The notes below the pieces were generated by a model. The model was not told the origin of the DNA. It was given only the letters and a program-made list of their open reading frames with translations, and did no database searches. 64,000 nucleotides of DNA from a virus, in the IMG/VR virus record IMGVR_UViG_3300027857_000004, positions 1 through 64,000 of that record. One strand, 5' to 3'. Within the stretch, counting starts at the first letter, position 1, and the number at the start of each line of letters is the position of its first letter. Below are positions 1 to 9,437 of this stretch, piece after piece. Both the position numbers and the translations under genes were made by a program.

Positions 1-2
1 GA

Positions 3-224
3 GACTTCGGCTGGCACCAGTATCAAATCACCCGTGCGTATCGGCCTCTGCGACCGCACTGGATTATCCCGATTCTGTATCAGCGCTGCACTGCTGACCT
101 GGGCCTCGTGAGCTGCAATACCACGAACGCCAGCTCGTTCAGTGGAGCTGACAGCTTCACCTCCATCGGAGTGTGCGGCGACAACGAGTCACCAGTGATT
201 GGGCCGGGTGTGCCCACGCTGTAA
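3..224 (+). CDS. 3' end of a gene entering from the left edge, probably the major capsid protein (partial)
   Basis: Open frame DFGWHQYQITRAYRPLRPHWIIPILYQRC...PGVPTL* ending TAA at 222-224. It is followed by strong hairpins and lies upstream of the virion/tail genes, while the portal is at the opposite window end. The capsid call is inferred from position. Confidence 0.55.
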   Translation, partial: DFGWHQYQITRAYRPLRPHWIIPILYQRCTADLGLVSCNTTNASSFSGADSFTSIGVCGDNESPVIGPGVPTL

Positions 225-231
225 ACCCTTT

Positions 232-347
232 CGATGACTTCTTTGTGGCCCCGAGAGGGCCACTAGAGTCATCGGGGTAGGGGAACCTTCGGGGGCTGTT
301 TGGCGCCTCAACAGCCAGCAGCCCCCGATTCATTTTTCAGAATAGCT
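232..347 (+). terminator. Two tandem hairpins; the second is followed by a T-tract (intrinsic terminator)
   Basis: CGATGACT/AGTCATCG encloses GTGGCCC/GGGCCAC; then CGGGGGCTG/CAGCCCCCG is followed by ATTCATTTTT. Confidence 0.7.
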
Positions 348-352
348 TTTTT

Positions 353-1171
353 ATGATTAACGACACAGTCTTTCAACCGGCTGACTCGGACAACAACCTG
401 TTGCGGAAAATCCTCACCCGATTGAACCTGGGCATTTCCACGTCAGGTGGCGGAGGCGCAGGTGGTGCAACACAGATTCAAGACGGGACCGCGAGTGGCA
501 ACGCTAGAGTCCTGGGCGCGTCTACGCCAAACCTGACGACCGACCCGGCTTTGCTGGTTCGTATCGGCGACGGCGACGTGCGCGCTTCGGTGGCTAACGG
601 CGCCGATGTCACGCAGGGGTCGACAATCGATGCGGCAGCGACCGACTCTACTTCGGCCTGGACCGTTGTGTCGTTGCTAAAGGGACTTTTTGCAAGGTTG
701 GTCATCAACAACAATGTCGGCGGATATACCTTCACCGCGAAAATCAACCCAACAATTTCCACGTCTGCATACTCCGCCGGTTTCACGGTCGGAGCGATTC
801 AGACGTTGACGAATGCCGTTCGAAAATCGGGAGGCACTGCGATTCTAGAATCACTTACTCTTCTGGATAAGTCAAACCAGAAAGCTGCGATGGACATTTT
901 CATTTTCGATGTCAATCCCGCCGCAGCTACTACGACTGACCACGCTGCTTTCGCGTTTAGCACGAACGACGTGAACGTGATTGCACGCGTTTCGGTGGCA
1001 GCCACCGATTATGTGACCGTGAACAGTGAAGCGGTTGCGGTGAAGTCCGGCCTGGGCATCGCTGTGCAAGCCTCGGGCAGTGCCAATTTGTATGCGGTAG
1101 CGGTGACATCTGGAACGCCAACGTATGCGGCGACCGCGCTGCAGTGGGTCTGGGGATTATTGCAAGACTAA
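353..1171 (+). CDS. Putative virion structural/decoration protein
   Basis: 272 aa, Ala/Thr/Ser/Gly-rich with a beta-rich C-terminal half; directly after the putative capsid gene. Confidence 0.5.
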   Translation: MINDTVFQPADSDNNLLRKILTRLNLGISTSGGGGAGGATQIQDGTASGNARVLGASTPNLTTDPALLVRIGDGDVRASVANGADVTQGSTIDAAATDSTSAWTVVSLLKGLFARLVINNNVGGYTFTAKINPTISTSAYSAGFTVGAIQTLTNAVRKSGGTAILESLTLLDKSNQKAAMDIFIFDVNPAAATTTDHAAFAFSTNDVNVIARVSVAATDYVTVNSEAVAVKSGLGIAVQASGSANLYAVAVTSGTPTYAATALQWVWGLLQD

Positions 1172-2079
1172 TGCCTAATCCGATTTTCAATCGAAGACTG
1201 TTAGCTGCTGCGCAAGTGGCAGCCGCCTCGCTCGACCCGGTAGCAACAGCTTGGGAAGCTCGCGTAATCGCCAATGGTGGCGCAGACCCGTCTGCGGCTT
1301 ACGTTCAAGCCGTGTCAGACCTTGTGTCTGGTATGAAGGCAGACGGCGTTTGGTCAAAGATGATTTTCGTTCACGGCGTAGTGCCTGGGCCGATAGTCGG
1401 AATTAATCCACCCGCTTCGAGCTGCTATGCGCCCAACACTCCTATTCTTGTCGGTCCGTCTGTGAACGAGCTATTAAACAACAACGGGCAGCACGCTGCT
1501 TCTGTTTGGCCTGTTGCTGGCTCATCAATAATCACCCTAGATGGACTGAACAACTGGACTTCCGATTTGGGCTGCACTAGCTCGGTTATGTGGGGTGTAG
1601 GGCAAGGCGCAAGCGCAACAAATATAGGGTGGTCAGTTTATGTCTTTACCGAAAACAGCAATCCCGTTTTTGGTTGCACTGATAACGTAGTTGGAACTAA
1701 TAACAGCGCGCCATCCGCTGGCGCATGGACGTTGGAGTGCGGCTCGTGTTGCGGTAGCGCTGGGTCTTTTACTCCAGGCTTTACGAAAGGGTTTTTCTCA
1801 GTCAATCGAACTGCGACCAACGTGCTCAAGATTCATGCCGCTAATTCTAGCAATGCGCCTGCAACAGTATATACATTTTCTGGCAACGATACTTCCGACC
1901 CGCGGCAAAACGCTTTTAGTGTTTATTTTCATGGCCGGAATGGTCCAGCTGCGACTGTTAATGGAAGTTACATACTGAGTCTTAACCTTTGCCATCAGGC
2001 ATTGACACTAGCCGACTTCACGTTTGTATATAACCGAGTCCAGGCTTTTAGAACGGCAATTGGAGGTGGTTTTGTATGA
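1171..2079 (+). CDS. Putative virion/fibre-associated protein
   Basis: ATG at 1171 overlaps the upstream TAA. Segments SGMKADGVWSKM and YNRVQAFRTAIG resemble phage structural proteins; AT-richer than its neighbours. Confidence 0.5.
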   Translation: MPNPIFNRRLLAAAQVAAASLDPVATAWEARVIANGGADPSAAYVQAVSDLVSGMKADGVWSKMIFVHGVVPGPIVGINPPASSCYAPNTPILVGPSVNELLNNNGQHAASVWPVAGSSIITLDGLNNWTSDLGCTSSVMWGVGQGASATNIGWSVYVFTENSNPVFGCTDNVVGTNNSAPSAGAWTLECGSCCGSAGSFTPGFTKGFFSVNRTATNVLKIHAANSSNAPATVYTFSGNDTSDPRQNAFSVYFHGRNGPAATVNGSYILSLNLCHQALTLADFTFVYNRVQAFRTAIGGGFV

Positions 2080-2492
2080 ATTCGCAGCATATCACAGAAA
2101 CTCAGCTCGCTGCTTTTGCGACACTCAATTTGTCAGCTGCTGCGGTTGCGCACACTATCGACCAAGCTTTGCCTCACGTAGCGACCGCTTTGCAAGTCGC
2201 TATTGCCGCAGTCACCCTGTATCACCTACTCAAAAGAAAGCGTTATGCGAAGAATCATTCTGTCCCTATCTCTCATGTTATCACTCCTAAGCCTCACGGG
2301 GTGCATCAGCAGCCTAATCCCGAAGACAGTGGAATTCGGCCAGAGCAAGGTCCATCGTTTTCCGGAACCGACAAGCTCGCAGAAGGAACTGCAGAAAGAA
2401 GCAGCGGAGCTGGCGAAGGAAAAGGCTGCTCAGACTCTGTTAGCTGCGACTGCGGAAAACACAAGCACAAACGTCATTACCCCCGCGCGTGA
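2076..2492 (+). CDS. Putative holin-like membrane protein
   Basis: Hydrophobic N-terminal ~52 aa ending in basic KRKRY; ATGA-coupled to the upstream gene; the tail overlaps the next gene in another frame. Confidence 0.4.
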   Translation: MNSQHITETQLAAFATLNLSAAAVAHTIDQALPHVATALQVAIAAVTLYHLLKRKRYAKNHSVPISHVITPKPHGVHQQPNPEDSGIRPEQGPSFSGTDKLAEGTAERSSGAGEGKGCSDSVSCDCGKHKHKRHYPRA

Positions 2493-3000
2493 GACGGCAG
2501 TTTTGACGGACGCAGTTGCGGAATCGGTAGGGGTTCCGGCTTCGCGGCCAACTGAATCGTCTCAAGCCCTGGCGGATGAGTTGCGAGCCTCGATTGCCAA
2601 GCTTGATAAAAAAATCGAGTCATTTAAGGCCGAGAACGAGAAAGTGGCTGGAAAGAAAGTCGAAGGAAGCGGTCTGATACAGGTGCCATATTTTCTATAT
2701 GCCGGTGGATTCGTTCTGATTGTTGTCGTAGGCTGGCATTTGGCTAAGACCGCTTTGACAGTTGCCTCCGCAGCCAACCCGGGCGCGTTAGTGGGAGTTG
2801 GCGCGATGAATGTTGCCGGTTCACTCGCTGGCAAGGGATTGACGCAGGTTGTCCAAGGAGGTAAAGATTTTCTTGGCTGGGTGAACAAAGAAGTCTCGGA
2901 CCCCATCTTGAAACAGAAAGTTTTGGATGCGTTTACTTCCTCGCATAAAATGGCGCAGGATAGCGACGTTCAATCCGTAGTCAAGCAGCTCATCAAGTAG
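2245..3000 (+). CDS. Lipoprotein with coiled coil and internal TM helix (unimolecular spanin-like)
   Basis: MRRIILSLSLMLSLLSLTGC is a signal peptide II with lipobox LTGC; coiled coil LADELRASIAKLDKKIESFK; TM segment YFLYAGGFVLIVVVGWHL. Confidence 0.55.
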   Translation: MRRIILSLSLMLSLLSLTGCISSLIPKTVEFGQSKVHRFPEPTSSQKELQKEAAELAKEKAAQTLLAATAENTSTNVITPARETAVLTDAVAESVGVPASRPTESSQALADELRASIAKLDKKIESFKAENEKVAGKKVEGSGLIQVPYFLYAGGFVLIVVVGWHLAKTALTVASAANPGALVGVGAMNVAGSLAGKGLTQVVQGGKDFLGWVNKEVSDPILKQKVLDAFTSSHKMAQDSDVQSVVKQLIK

Positions 3001-3001
3001 T

Positions 3002-4147
3002 ATGCCTCAAGGATTTTGCACAGATTGCGGCGACGGCGGCGACAATGACCGGGGCGGTTTGCCCGAGAGTGACGAGGCATTGGGGCGGGGTCGGATGAAA
3101 GACAATCCGATTGACACCTGTTCCGGACGGTTTATGTCCTGTCACAACCCGTGCGGGCACGGGCCGGACAATCGCGCAAATTGCGAAACGCTTCCGAGCC
3201 AGATTGAAAATTTCATCAAGCAGTTTTTCGGTGACGTAATCAAAACGGAAGTTAATGGACAGGTTCAATGGTCTCTACCGTGTTCGCTCGATGTTGGCTT
3301 GCTCAACAACCCGCGCGGAGCGACCGAGCCGTTAGGCTGCTATTTTCTCCGGCTGTTTTCAACGGGCATCACCGGCTTGACCGGTCCGCAAGGCGCCGCT
3401 GGAACTAACGGCGCGAACGGGCAGAATGCGTTCACCATCGTGACGCACGGTTTCAATCAACCCGCGTTAAACAATCCTCAGATTCAGGTAAGAACTGAAT
3501 TCAATCCGGTGTTGGTGCAAGACTTGGTGGTTTTCATCGACAATTCGGGCTGGTATCACATTGACCAAGCTAACCCGGATGGCACGCTGTTCTTGACAAT
3601 GATAGCGGTCCTGGCGGGCGCCCCGGCATTTATTCCGGTTAATTCGCTCGTGGTTGCATCAGGTGCGCCGGGCGCGAACATCGTCGGCGACCCGGGTCCG
3701 AAAGGAGAGAAGGGCGATAAGGGCGACACTGGCGACCAAGGCCCGCAAGGGCTACCGGCGCCCACGAGTGGCGTCACCAACACCAACGGACAGTATCACG
3801 AGGGCGCCGGAACTAATTTTCATCAGGCGGTAAACTCGTGGAACGCAGTTTATTTTGTGGCGTCTAACCCAGTTGTGACGCTTCCGAATGTTGGCCGGTA
3901 TCTTTTCACCGTCGTAGTCGCGATGCAGCCCGATAATAACGGCGTGCCTTTCTTTGCGAGAATGTTCAATACAACCACCAACACCGACTTAGTCGAGGCA
4001 CAAGTCACGCTGATTGCGGACATGATGGTCCCTATGACGGTGCTCGTGGACACGCTCTCTATTAACAATAACGTTGCTCTTGAGGTCTTTGGCGCCGGGA
4101 CTGTGTTTCCTCTCTATACGACTATCACATGGGTTCAAATCGCGTAA
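3002..4147 (+). CDS. Collagen-repeat fibre protein 1
   Basis: Two Gly-X-Y runs (e.g. GDPGPKGEKGDKGDTGDQGPQG) and a beta-rich C-terminal head. Confidence 0.75.
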   Translation: MPQGFCTDCGDGGDNDRGGLPESDEALGRGRMKDNPIDTCSGRFMSCHNPCGHGPDNRANCETLPSQIENFIKQFFGDVIKTEVNGQVQWSLPCSLDVGLLNNPRGATEPLGCYFLRLFSTGITGLTGPQGAAGTNGANGQNAFTIVTHGFNQPALNNPQIQVRTEFNPVLVQDLVVFIDNSGWYHIDQANPDGTLFLTMIAVLAGAPAFIPVNSLVVASGAPGANIVGDPGPKGEKGDKGDTGDQGPQGLPAPTSGVTNTNGQYHEGAGTNFHQAVNSWNAVYFVASNPVVTLPNVGRYLFTVVVAMQPDNNGVPFFARMFNTTTNTDLVEAQVTLIADMMVPMTVLVDTLSINNNVALEVFGAGTVFPLYTTITWVQIA

Positions 4148-5154
4148 TCTGTGAATCGCTACAGAGCGAAGTCAACAATTTTGTTTCCGCATTTTTCGGC
4201 GCGGTCACTAAAGTTGATGTATCGCCCGGCGTGGTCGATTGGCAACTGCCGTGTGGCCTAGACCTGGGGCTGCCTTCGAATCCGCGTGGATTCGGCGAAG
4301 GAATCTCTTGCTATTTTCTCCGTCTGCTCCATCAGTCAATCGTTGACTTTGCTGGCCCGGCAGGGAATGTCGGTCAACCGGGAACAAACGGCCAACAAGG
4401 GTTTTCAGTGACCTTGTCCGCGTTTAACCAGCCAGTCAATTCGAGCACGATTGTCACGGTAAGATATTTTCTAACATCGGCTATTCAGACGGCGGAATTT
4501 GTCTTTGTCCAAGGGTCCGGCTGGTATTCGGTGCTGGATGCGACTAATGGCGTCTTATCGTTGTCGCTTGTGCGAGCCATTGGAAATCCGAAAAGCATAA
4601 TCGATGCTGGTCGGATTGTTATTCCCGTTGCTCCAGGCGGGCTATCTATAAAAGGTGCGCCCGGCGTTCCTGGCGACAAGGGGGATAAAGGCGGCAAAGG
4701 CCCAACCGGCCAGCGCGGTCCTACCCTCTTAAACGGACCCACGCAGCAGAATGGAATTTTTGAAGGAGGGCCGAATTCAAATTTTTCAACCGGTTTGAAC
4801 GGAGCGGTCCCCGTGGTTTTTGGAACGGTTCCAGCGCAGGTTATTCTTCCTGTCGCTGGGCAATACCTTGTTCGGTTTACCTCAACCGTCACGAACCAGT
4901 CTTCAGCGGTAAACTCTCCGTTGAATCTCAGCTTACAAGATACAACGGATACTAGTGTGAACACGCAAGCACTCACTACGTTAACAGAACCAGCTTTTGA
5001 GGGGGGCGTGGGATTTAACCAAAGTGTCACCGTCAACGCGGTAGGTATCGTCACTACACTCAGCCCGAACAATGTTCTGCAGCTTTTCGCCAACGGGCTT
5101 TTCTGGCAAGTCAGGTCAACTTACACGAGGATTTCATGGGTGCGAATAACTTAA
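4129..5154 (+). CDS. Collagen-repeat fibre protein 2 (paralogue of 3002..4147)
   Basis: Shares FFG..W.LPC.LD.GL..NPRG..E...CYFLRL and two Gly-X-Y runs with the upstream gene. Confidence 0.75.
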   Translation: MGSNRVICESLQSEVNNFVSAFFGAVTKVDVSPGVVDWQLPCGLDLGLPSNPRGFGEGISCYFLRLLHQSIVDFAGPAGNVGQPGTNGQQGFSVTLSAFNQPVNSSTIVTVRYFLTSAIQTAEFVFVQGSGWYSVLDATNGVLSLSLVRAIGNPKSIIDAGRIVIPVAPGGLSIKGAPGVPGDKGDKGGKGPTGQRGPTLLNGPTQQNGIFEGGPNSNFSTGLNGAVPVVFGTVPAQVILPVAGQYLVRFTSTVTNQSSAVNSPLNLSLQDTTDTSVNTQALTTLTEPAFEGGVGFNQSVTVNAVGIVTTLSPNNVLQLFANGLFWQVRSTYTRISWVRIT

Positions 5155-5375
5155 AGTGTGACCGGGATGAAGACGGCGACCACCGGCGACGAGGCGACTG
5201 CACACTACCGGTCGTGCGTGACAAAATCACGCTGCCGGACGGGACCGTGCACCGGCGCATTCTTTCACACGAATGCCGGGCGCCGCAAGGCGGAGACAAG
5301 ACTGTAAAACCCCCTGTGTATCAGCTGACTGTGAAGAATCCTCCGGACGGAGAAACATTCCTTCCGGGTAGCTGA
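5136..5375 (+). CDS. Hypothetical protein
   Basis: 79-aa ORF filling the gap and overlapping the upstream gene end. Confidence 0.5.
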   Translation: MGANNLKCDRDEDGDHRRRGDCTLPVVRDKITLPDGTVHRRILSHECRAPQGGDKTVKPPVYQLTVKNPPDGETFLPGS

Positions 5376-5397
5376 AAAACCACCGACTGTTAATAGT

Positions 5398-5769
5398 ATG
5401 GAATCGATGCCAATTGAGCTAGGCGAAAAACGTGAAGATACCTATGACGAGAAAATCGGCCTAGGGCACCCTACGGACGCCGGTGAAACTATTTATCCAA
5501 AGTTTTGTTACCGGGGGCCAAAAGATTTGGATTTGCCTGATTGCGGAACAATGGTGATTTGTTATCAGAAGACGACTGAGAAATACAAAGCCAACGAAGA
5601 AGGCGAGCACTATTACTACGAGTGCGAAATCACCGTGAAGCGCATTCTAGCTGCCGAAGAGGAAAAAGACATTCGCCCCTCGAAGCGCGACATGAGCGCG
5701 GATGATGCGCTCGATGCGCTCGCAAAAGCAAAATCGGAAGATAATGAGAACGAGGGAGACGAATATTGA
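5398..5769 (+). CDS. Acidic hypothetical protein
   Basis: 123 aa; preceded by the CGACT promoter motif (5362-5392). Confidence 0.65.
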   Translation: MESMPIELGEKREDTYDEKIGLGHPTDAGETIYPKFCYRGPKDLDLPDCGTMVICYQKTTEKYKANEEGEHYYYECEITVKRILAAEEEKDIRPSKRDMSADDALDALAKAKSEDNENEGDEY

Positions 5770-6401
5770 AAAGCTGTTCTCGTTGCAAAAAAGAAAAGCC
5801 ACTTTCAGATTTTTATACCTGCAAAGACGGACGTGTTTTGTCACATTGTAAAGAATGTGGACGCGCCCGGGCGTTGCGTTGGTATTCTGAAAACACAGAA
5901 AAAGCCCACTTGGCGATGGCAGCTTGGGTTGCTAAAAATCCGGAAGGTCGAAAACGAATCGCCAATAAATCTGCAAAAAAACGCCGTGATGCTGATTTGG
6001 AAGCTGCTAGGGCTTACGGGAGATTGCAGGCGAAGAAGCACAAACTGAATCGGTGGGCGTATCGTGCGAAGCAACGACAAGAAAACCCAGAATACAATTT
6101 GATAAACAATCTTCGATGCCGGATTTACGTGGCGTTGAAGGGCGCAAATAAGTCGGATACCACAAAATCTTTATTGGGGTGTTCGGTGGCTGAATTGAAG
6201 CTGCACTTGTCGGCTCAATTTAAGCCCGGCATGACCTGGGAAAACTATGGCCCAGTATGGCACGTAGACCACATTAAGCCATGTGCCAAGTTTGATTTGT
6301 CTAGGTCCGACGAACAAAAAAAATGTTTTCATTTTTCCAATTTGCAACCCTTGTTTGCTGTGGAAAATATCCGGAAAGGAGCCGCTTATCTTCACAGTTG
6401 A
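5766..6401 (+). CDS. HNH homing endonuclease
   Basis: N-terminal CxxC...CxxC; C-terminal GMTWENYG..WHVDHIKP...CFHFSNLQPL...N..K. Confidence 0.85.
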   Translation: MKSCSRCKKEKPLSDFYTCKDGRVLSHCKECGRARALRWYSENTEKAHLAMAAWVAKNPEGRKRIANKSAKKRRDADLEAARAYGRLQAKKHKLNRWAYRAKQRQENPEYNLINNLRCRIYVALKGANKSDTTKSLLGCSVAELKLHLSAQFKPGMTWENYGPVWHVDHIKPCAKFDLSRSDEQKKCFHFSNLQPLFAVENIRKGAAYLHS

Positions 6402-7395
6402 CTCAATTTGGGATGACTCCAAAGAAATTATTGGAACTTGTAATGATGCGAAGCTTTTACGCTGGATAGGGGACGCTGTTGGGTTAGTAGCCAACAAAGA
6501 AGACTTAGAAGGAATAAAGGGATATTTAGATGTGTGCTCGGTCGGTTGTCATTGTCATGAGAACAAGACGTGTGGGTCATCGGCGGGGTGCGGTCGCCGG
6601 TGCGTCACTCTTCCTCGTGAAGTCCAGACCGTAATTGGCGTCAACGTGGGCGGGCAGCCCGCGGTTGGACGTTCGGCTCTTTTCAGTTTCCACCTAAACG
6701 GTCCTGGTGACTGCAAGCGCGGCGTGTGCGAGTGGTCATTTGATGACAAAGGGTTCGGCTGGCCAACTTATCGCGACCTGATTCATCCGGCCAAGCTCGT
6801 GGCATTTGTCAACACGCCGGAAGACAACAATGTTCCGCTGATTGTTTTTGGATATGATGACCAGGGAAATGTTCTTCGCCGACAGGAAAATGGTGTGTGG
6901 CTTAACGGGCTGCTTGTTCCTACTATTTTCGGTGTTGCAGTTCCTGATTTGGGCGCCCCTAATGTGGCTCGCATTACGAGCGTTCAAAAGGGATTGTCGG
7001 TCTCGCAAATAACGCTGAGCACAATCGACAACAGCGGCGCCGCGCACACCGTCCTGGGCACATACGAGCCGGATGAGACACTTCCCCAATATCGGAGATT
7101 ACGTTTAAACAGGAGTTGCTCCTGGGTGCGAATCGCTTTCATCAAGACCATCGCGGAGTTTCGCTACAAGAGCGACCACATTCCGATGAGCAGCAGGCTC
7201 GCTTTTCTTCTCGCGCTGCAGGCCAGGAAATTCTACAAGGAATTGCGAATGGCTGAAGCTCAGCAATACGAGGCGAACGCCGCGCGCATGGAACTTGAAG
7301 CGCAGCTTAAGCTGGAGAGCCCGAACGCGATGATGCCGCCGCAAGTGCTCGACTGGAGTCAGCCGCGCGACAAGTTTGAGTATGACATTCGGTAA
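6388..7395 (+). CDS. Putative head-tail adaptor / tail tubular protein A-like
   Basis: Long ORF just upstream of the nozzle-like gene. The probable start is the ATC at 6388, 6 nt after AAGGAG (the ORF track start at 6283 lies inside the HNH gene). Confidence 0.5.
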   Translation: MFTVDSIWDDSKEIIGTCNDAKLLRWIGDAVGLVANKEDLEGIKGYLDVCSVGCHCHENKTCGSSAGCGRRCVTLPREVQTVIGVNVGGQPAVGRSALFSFHLNGPGDCKRGVCEWSFDDKGFGWPTYRDLIHPAKLVAFVNTPEDNNVPLIVFGYDDQGNVLRRQENGVWLNGLLVPTIFGVAVPDLGAPNVARITSVQKGLSVSQITLSTIDNSGAAHTVLGTYEPDETLPQYRRLRLNRSCSWVRIAFIKTIAEFRYKSDHIPMSSRLAFLLALQARKFYKELRMAEAQQYEANAARMELEAQLKLESPNAMMPPQVLDWSQPRDKFEYDIR

Positions 7396-7400
7396 TCGCG

Positions 7401-9437
7401 ATGGCTTCAACGTTCGACAGTTTACCGCCAGGAACAAGGCTGCTCGACTTCGACAGCACTTGGCCCTCTGGCGTTCGGTCCGACACTGACCCGGCGCAAA
7501 CTCCGCTCGGTTACGCTTGGTCCGCCATTAACATGCTCAACGTGGGCGGCATGTGGGCTTGCCGTCCTGGTTACAAATGCTGGGCAACTCTTCCGGATGG
7601 AAATCTTCAGGGCGCCGCTATTTTCAGACCGTTAGTAGGCACGGAGATTTGTCTCGCTGCTGTTGATGGCGTAATCTACCGAAGCACGTTTCCGTTCACG
7701 ACGTTCACTCCGGTGCCCGGTCTGCTGTTCAGCCCATTCGCGGAGCAATTGTTTTTCGAGCAGACTTTCCAGTCAGCAGAACGCATAACGCCCAACAACC
7801 TCATTTCCGCCATAAAAATAATTCCGAGCAAAGCGGTCATGTTTATTCAGGATGGCGGCTTCTCAGCTCCAGGTTGGTTCGATGGCGCGAATGCCGGGCA
7901 GCTCGTTGGTGACCCGTTCGAAACTCCGAGCGGTTCAATGATGGTTTGGGTTGGTGACCGGCTCTGGGTAGCAAGTCAGGAGCAGCTTTTCGCGTCCGAC
8001 ATCGACAACCCATTTAGCTTTCGCGAAAACATTTATCTAGGCAGCGCAAGCAGCTTTTTCTTCGGTCATGAAATCACTGCGATGGTTCGGACTCCCGCTA
8101 TCGAGGCGCCGCAGCTCATGGTATTCACTGCCGTAAACGGTTCTATCGTTCAGGCGAACATCAGAGACCGAACGCTCTGGCCCACGACCGTGAATTTTCA
8201 ACAGGAAGTAATCCAGGTCGGAAATCTCTCGAACCGCTCGACCGTTTCGCACTTCGGGCATCTCGTGTGGTTCGGTCCGTCCGGCGTAGCCTTTTTTGAC
8301 CCGGCTCAATCTGGAAAAATCACAACGCGTTTGCCAACTCGTGACAACGAAATGTTGGTGAGTAAATCTACTCTCGATGATGACCTTTCGTTGGTGGCTA
8401 CAGGGGCTTTTGGTCAGTTTCTATGTATCAGCGTCCCCGCAGAAGATAGATTTAATTTGCATACTTGGGTTCTTAATCACGCTAGCTTCACTAGCTTGTC
8501 TGATGATTCTGGACCTGCTTGGGCAGGATACTGGCTAGGCACGCGCCCTGTGCAATGGATGGGCGGCACCGTTCAGGACGTCGAAAGATTGTTTCACGTA
8601 AGCGTAGACGACGATGGGAAAAACAGGCTGTGGGAAGTTTTCCAGCCCAACCGGCTCGACAATGGGTGCCCGATTACGTGGGCGCTTTTCACGCGCGGCA
8701 TGTTCGGTCAAACTGCTAACGTAACACCGAAACCGCCGGGCAGTAAAATACGTTTGAAGTGGGTAGACGTCGCTCTCAGTGCTGTTGAGGAAGACCTGGA
8801 CATCGCGGTTAAATACGCAGGTGGCATGAGCGGCTCGTTTAAATCGACTCTCGTAAAGAAGCTGGAAGTTGAGCGAGGTAGCTTGTCGAACGACACTGAA
8901 ATTGATATTAACTCTCCAATTTTTCAGTTCAAGCCGGAATCTCGAACGATTCGGACCGAAGATGCCGCAGAGCAAACCGCACCGGAAAGCGGAGCGTGCG
9001 GCGTAGAGAAGCATCAAGACGATTTTATTGATACGAATTTTCAGCTGCTGGTAGTCGGGCATGGACCGGTGACTATCCGCTGGATTCGTCCGGTGGCTAT
9101 CATGGAAGCACCCGAGCTTACCGGTAGCCCGTTTGCTTGCCAGGATGAAACCGGATTACACGCGGTTCGATACGATGGAGCAGCAACGAAAGCGGATACG
9201 TTTGCAGAGTTGGTCACCGCTCTCGCGAACGCGCCTGAAGATTTGTTCACCTCTGTGGAAACGGTTACGCTGACCGAAGACGGATTCGTTGGGACCGGAA
9301 TCGGCACAGCCGAGAGCATTGTTTCGCAACGCGCGGCTGACCGAGTGGCTCAGATTATCGCAACCAAGTTCGCAGAACAGGAGTTGTCTGCGTTGGTTCC
9401 TTTCATATATTCTACAGGCGAGGGCTTTGGGCCATGA
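7401..9437 (+). CDS. Putative tail nozzle / head-closure (tail tubular B- or P22 gp10-like) protein
   Basis: 678 aa, beta-propeller-like composition (WVGDRLWVA...LFASD); position in a podovirus-like tail module. Confidence 0.6.
   Translation: MASTFDSLPPGTRLLDFDSTWPSGVRSDTDPAQTPLGYAWSAINMLNVGGMWACRPGYKCWATLPDGNLQGAAIFRPLVGTEICLAAVDGVIYRSTFPFTTFTPVPGLLFSPFAEQLFFEQTFQSAERITPNNLISAIKIIPSKAVMFIQDGGFSAPGWFDGANAGQLVGDPFETPSGSMMVWVGDRLWVASQEQLFASDIDNPFSFRENIYLGSASSFFFGHEITAMVRTPAIEAPQLMVFTAVNGSIVQANIRDRTLWPTTVNFQQEVIQVGNLSNRSTVSHFGHLVWFGPSGVAFFDPAQSGKITTRLPTRDNEMLVSKSTLDDDLSLVATGAFGQFLCISVPAEDRFNLHTWVLNHASFTSLSDDSGPAWAGYWLGTRPVQWMGGTVQDVERLFHVSVDDDGKNRLWEVFQPNRLDNGCPITWALFTRGMFGQTANVTPKPPGSKIRLKWVDVALSAVEEDLDIAVKYAGGMSGSFKSTLVKKLEVERGSLSNDTEIDINSPIFQFKPESRTIRTEDAAEQTAPESGACGVEKHQDDFIDTNFQLLVVGHGPVTIRWIRPVAIMEAPELTGSPFACQDETGLHAVRYDGAATKADTFAELVTALANAPEDLFTSVETVTLTEDGFVGTGIGTAESIVSQRAADRVAQIIATKFAEQELSALVPFIYSTGEGFGP

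Noticed and set aside
3002-5154. Diversity-generating retroelement acting on the duplicated fibre genes
   Set aside because: No reverse transcriptase and no near-identical repeat pair differing only at adenines.
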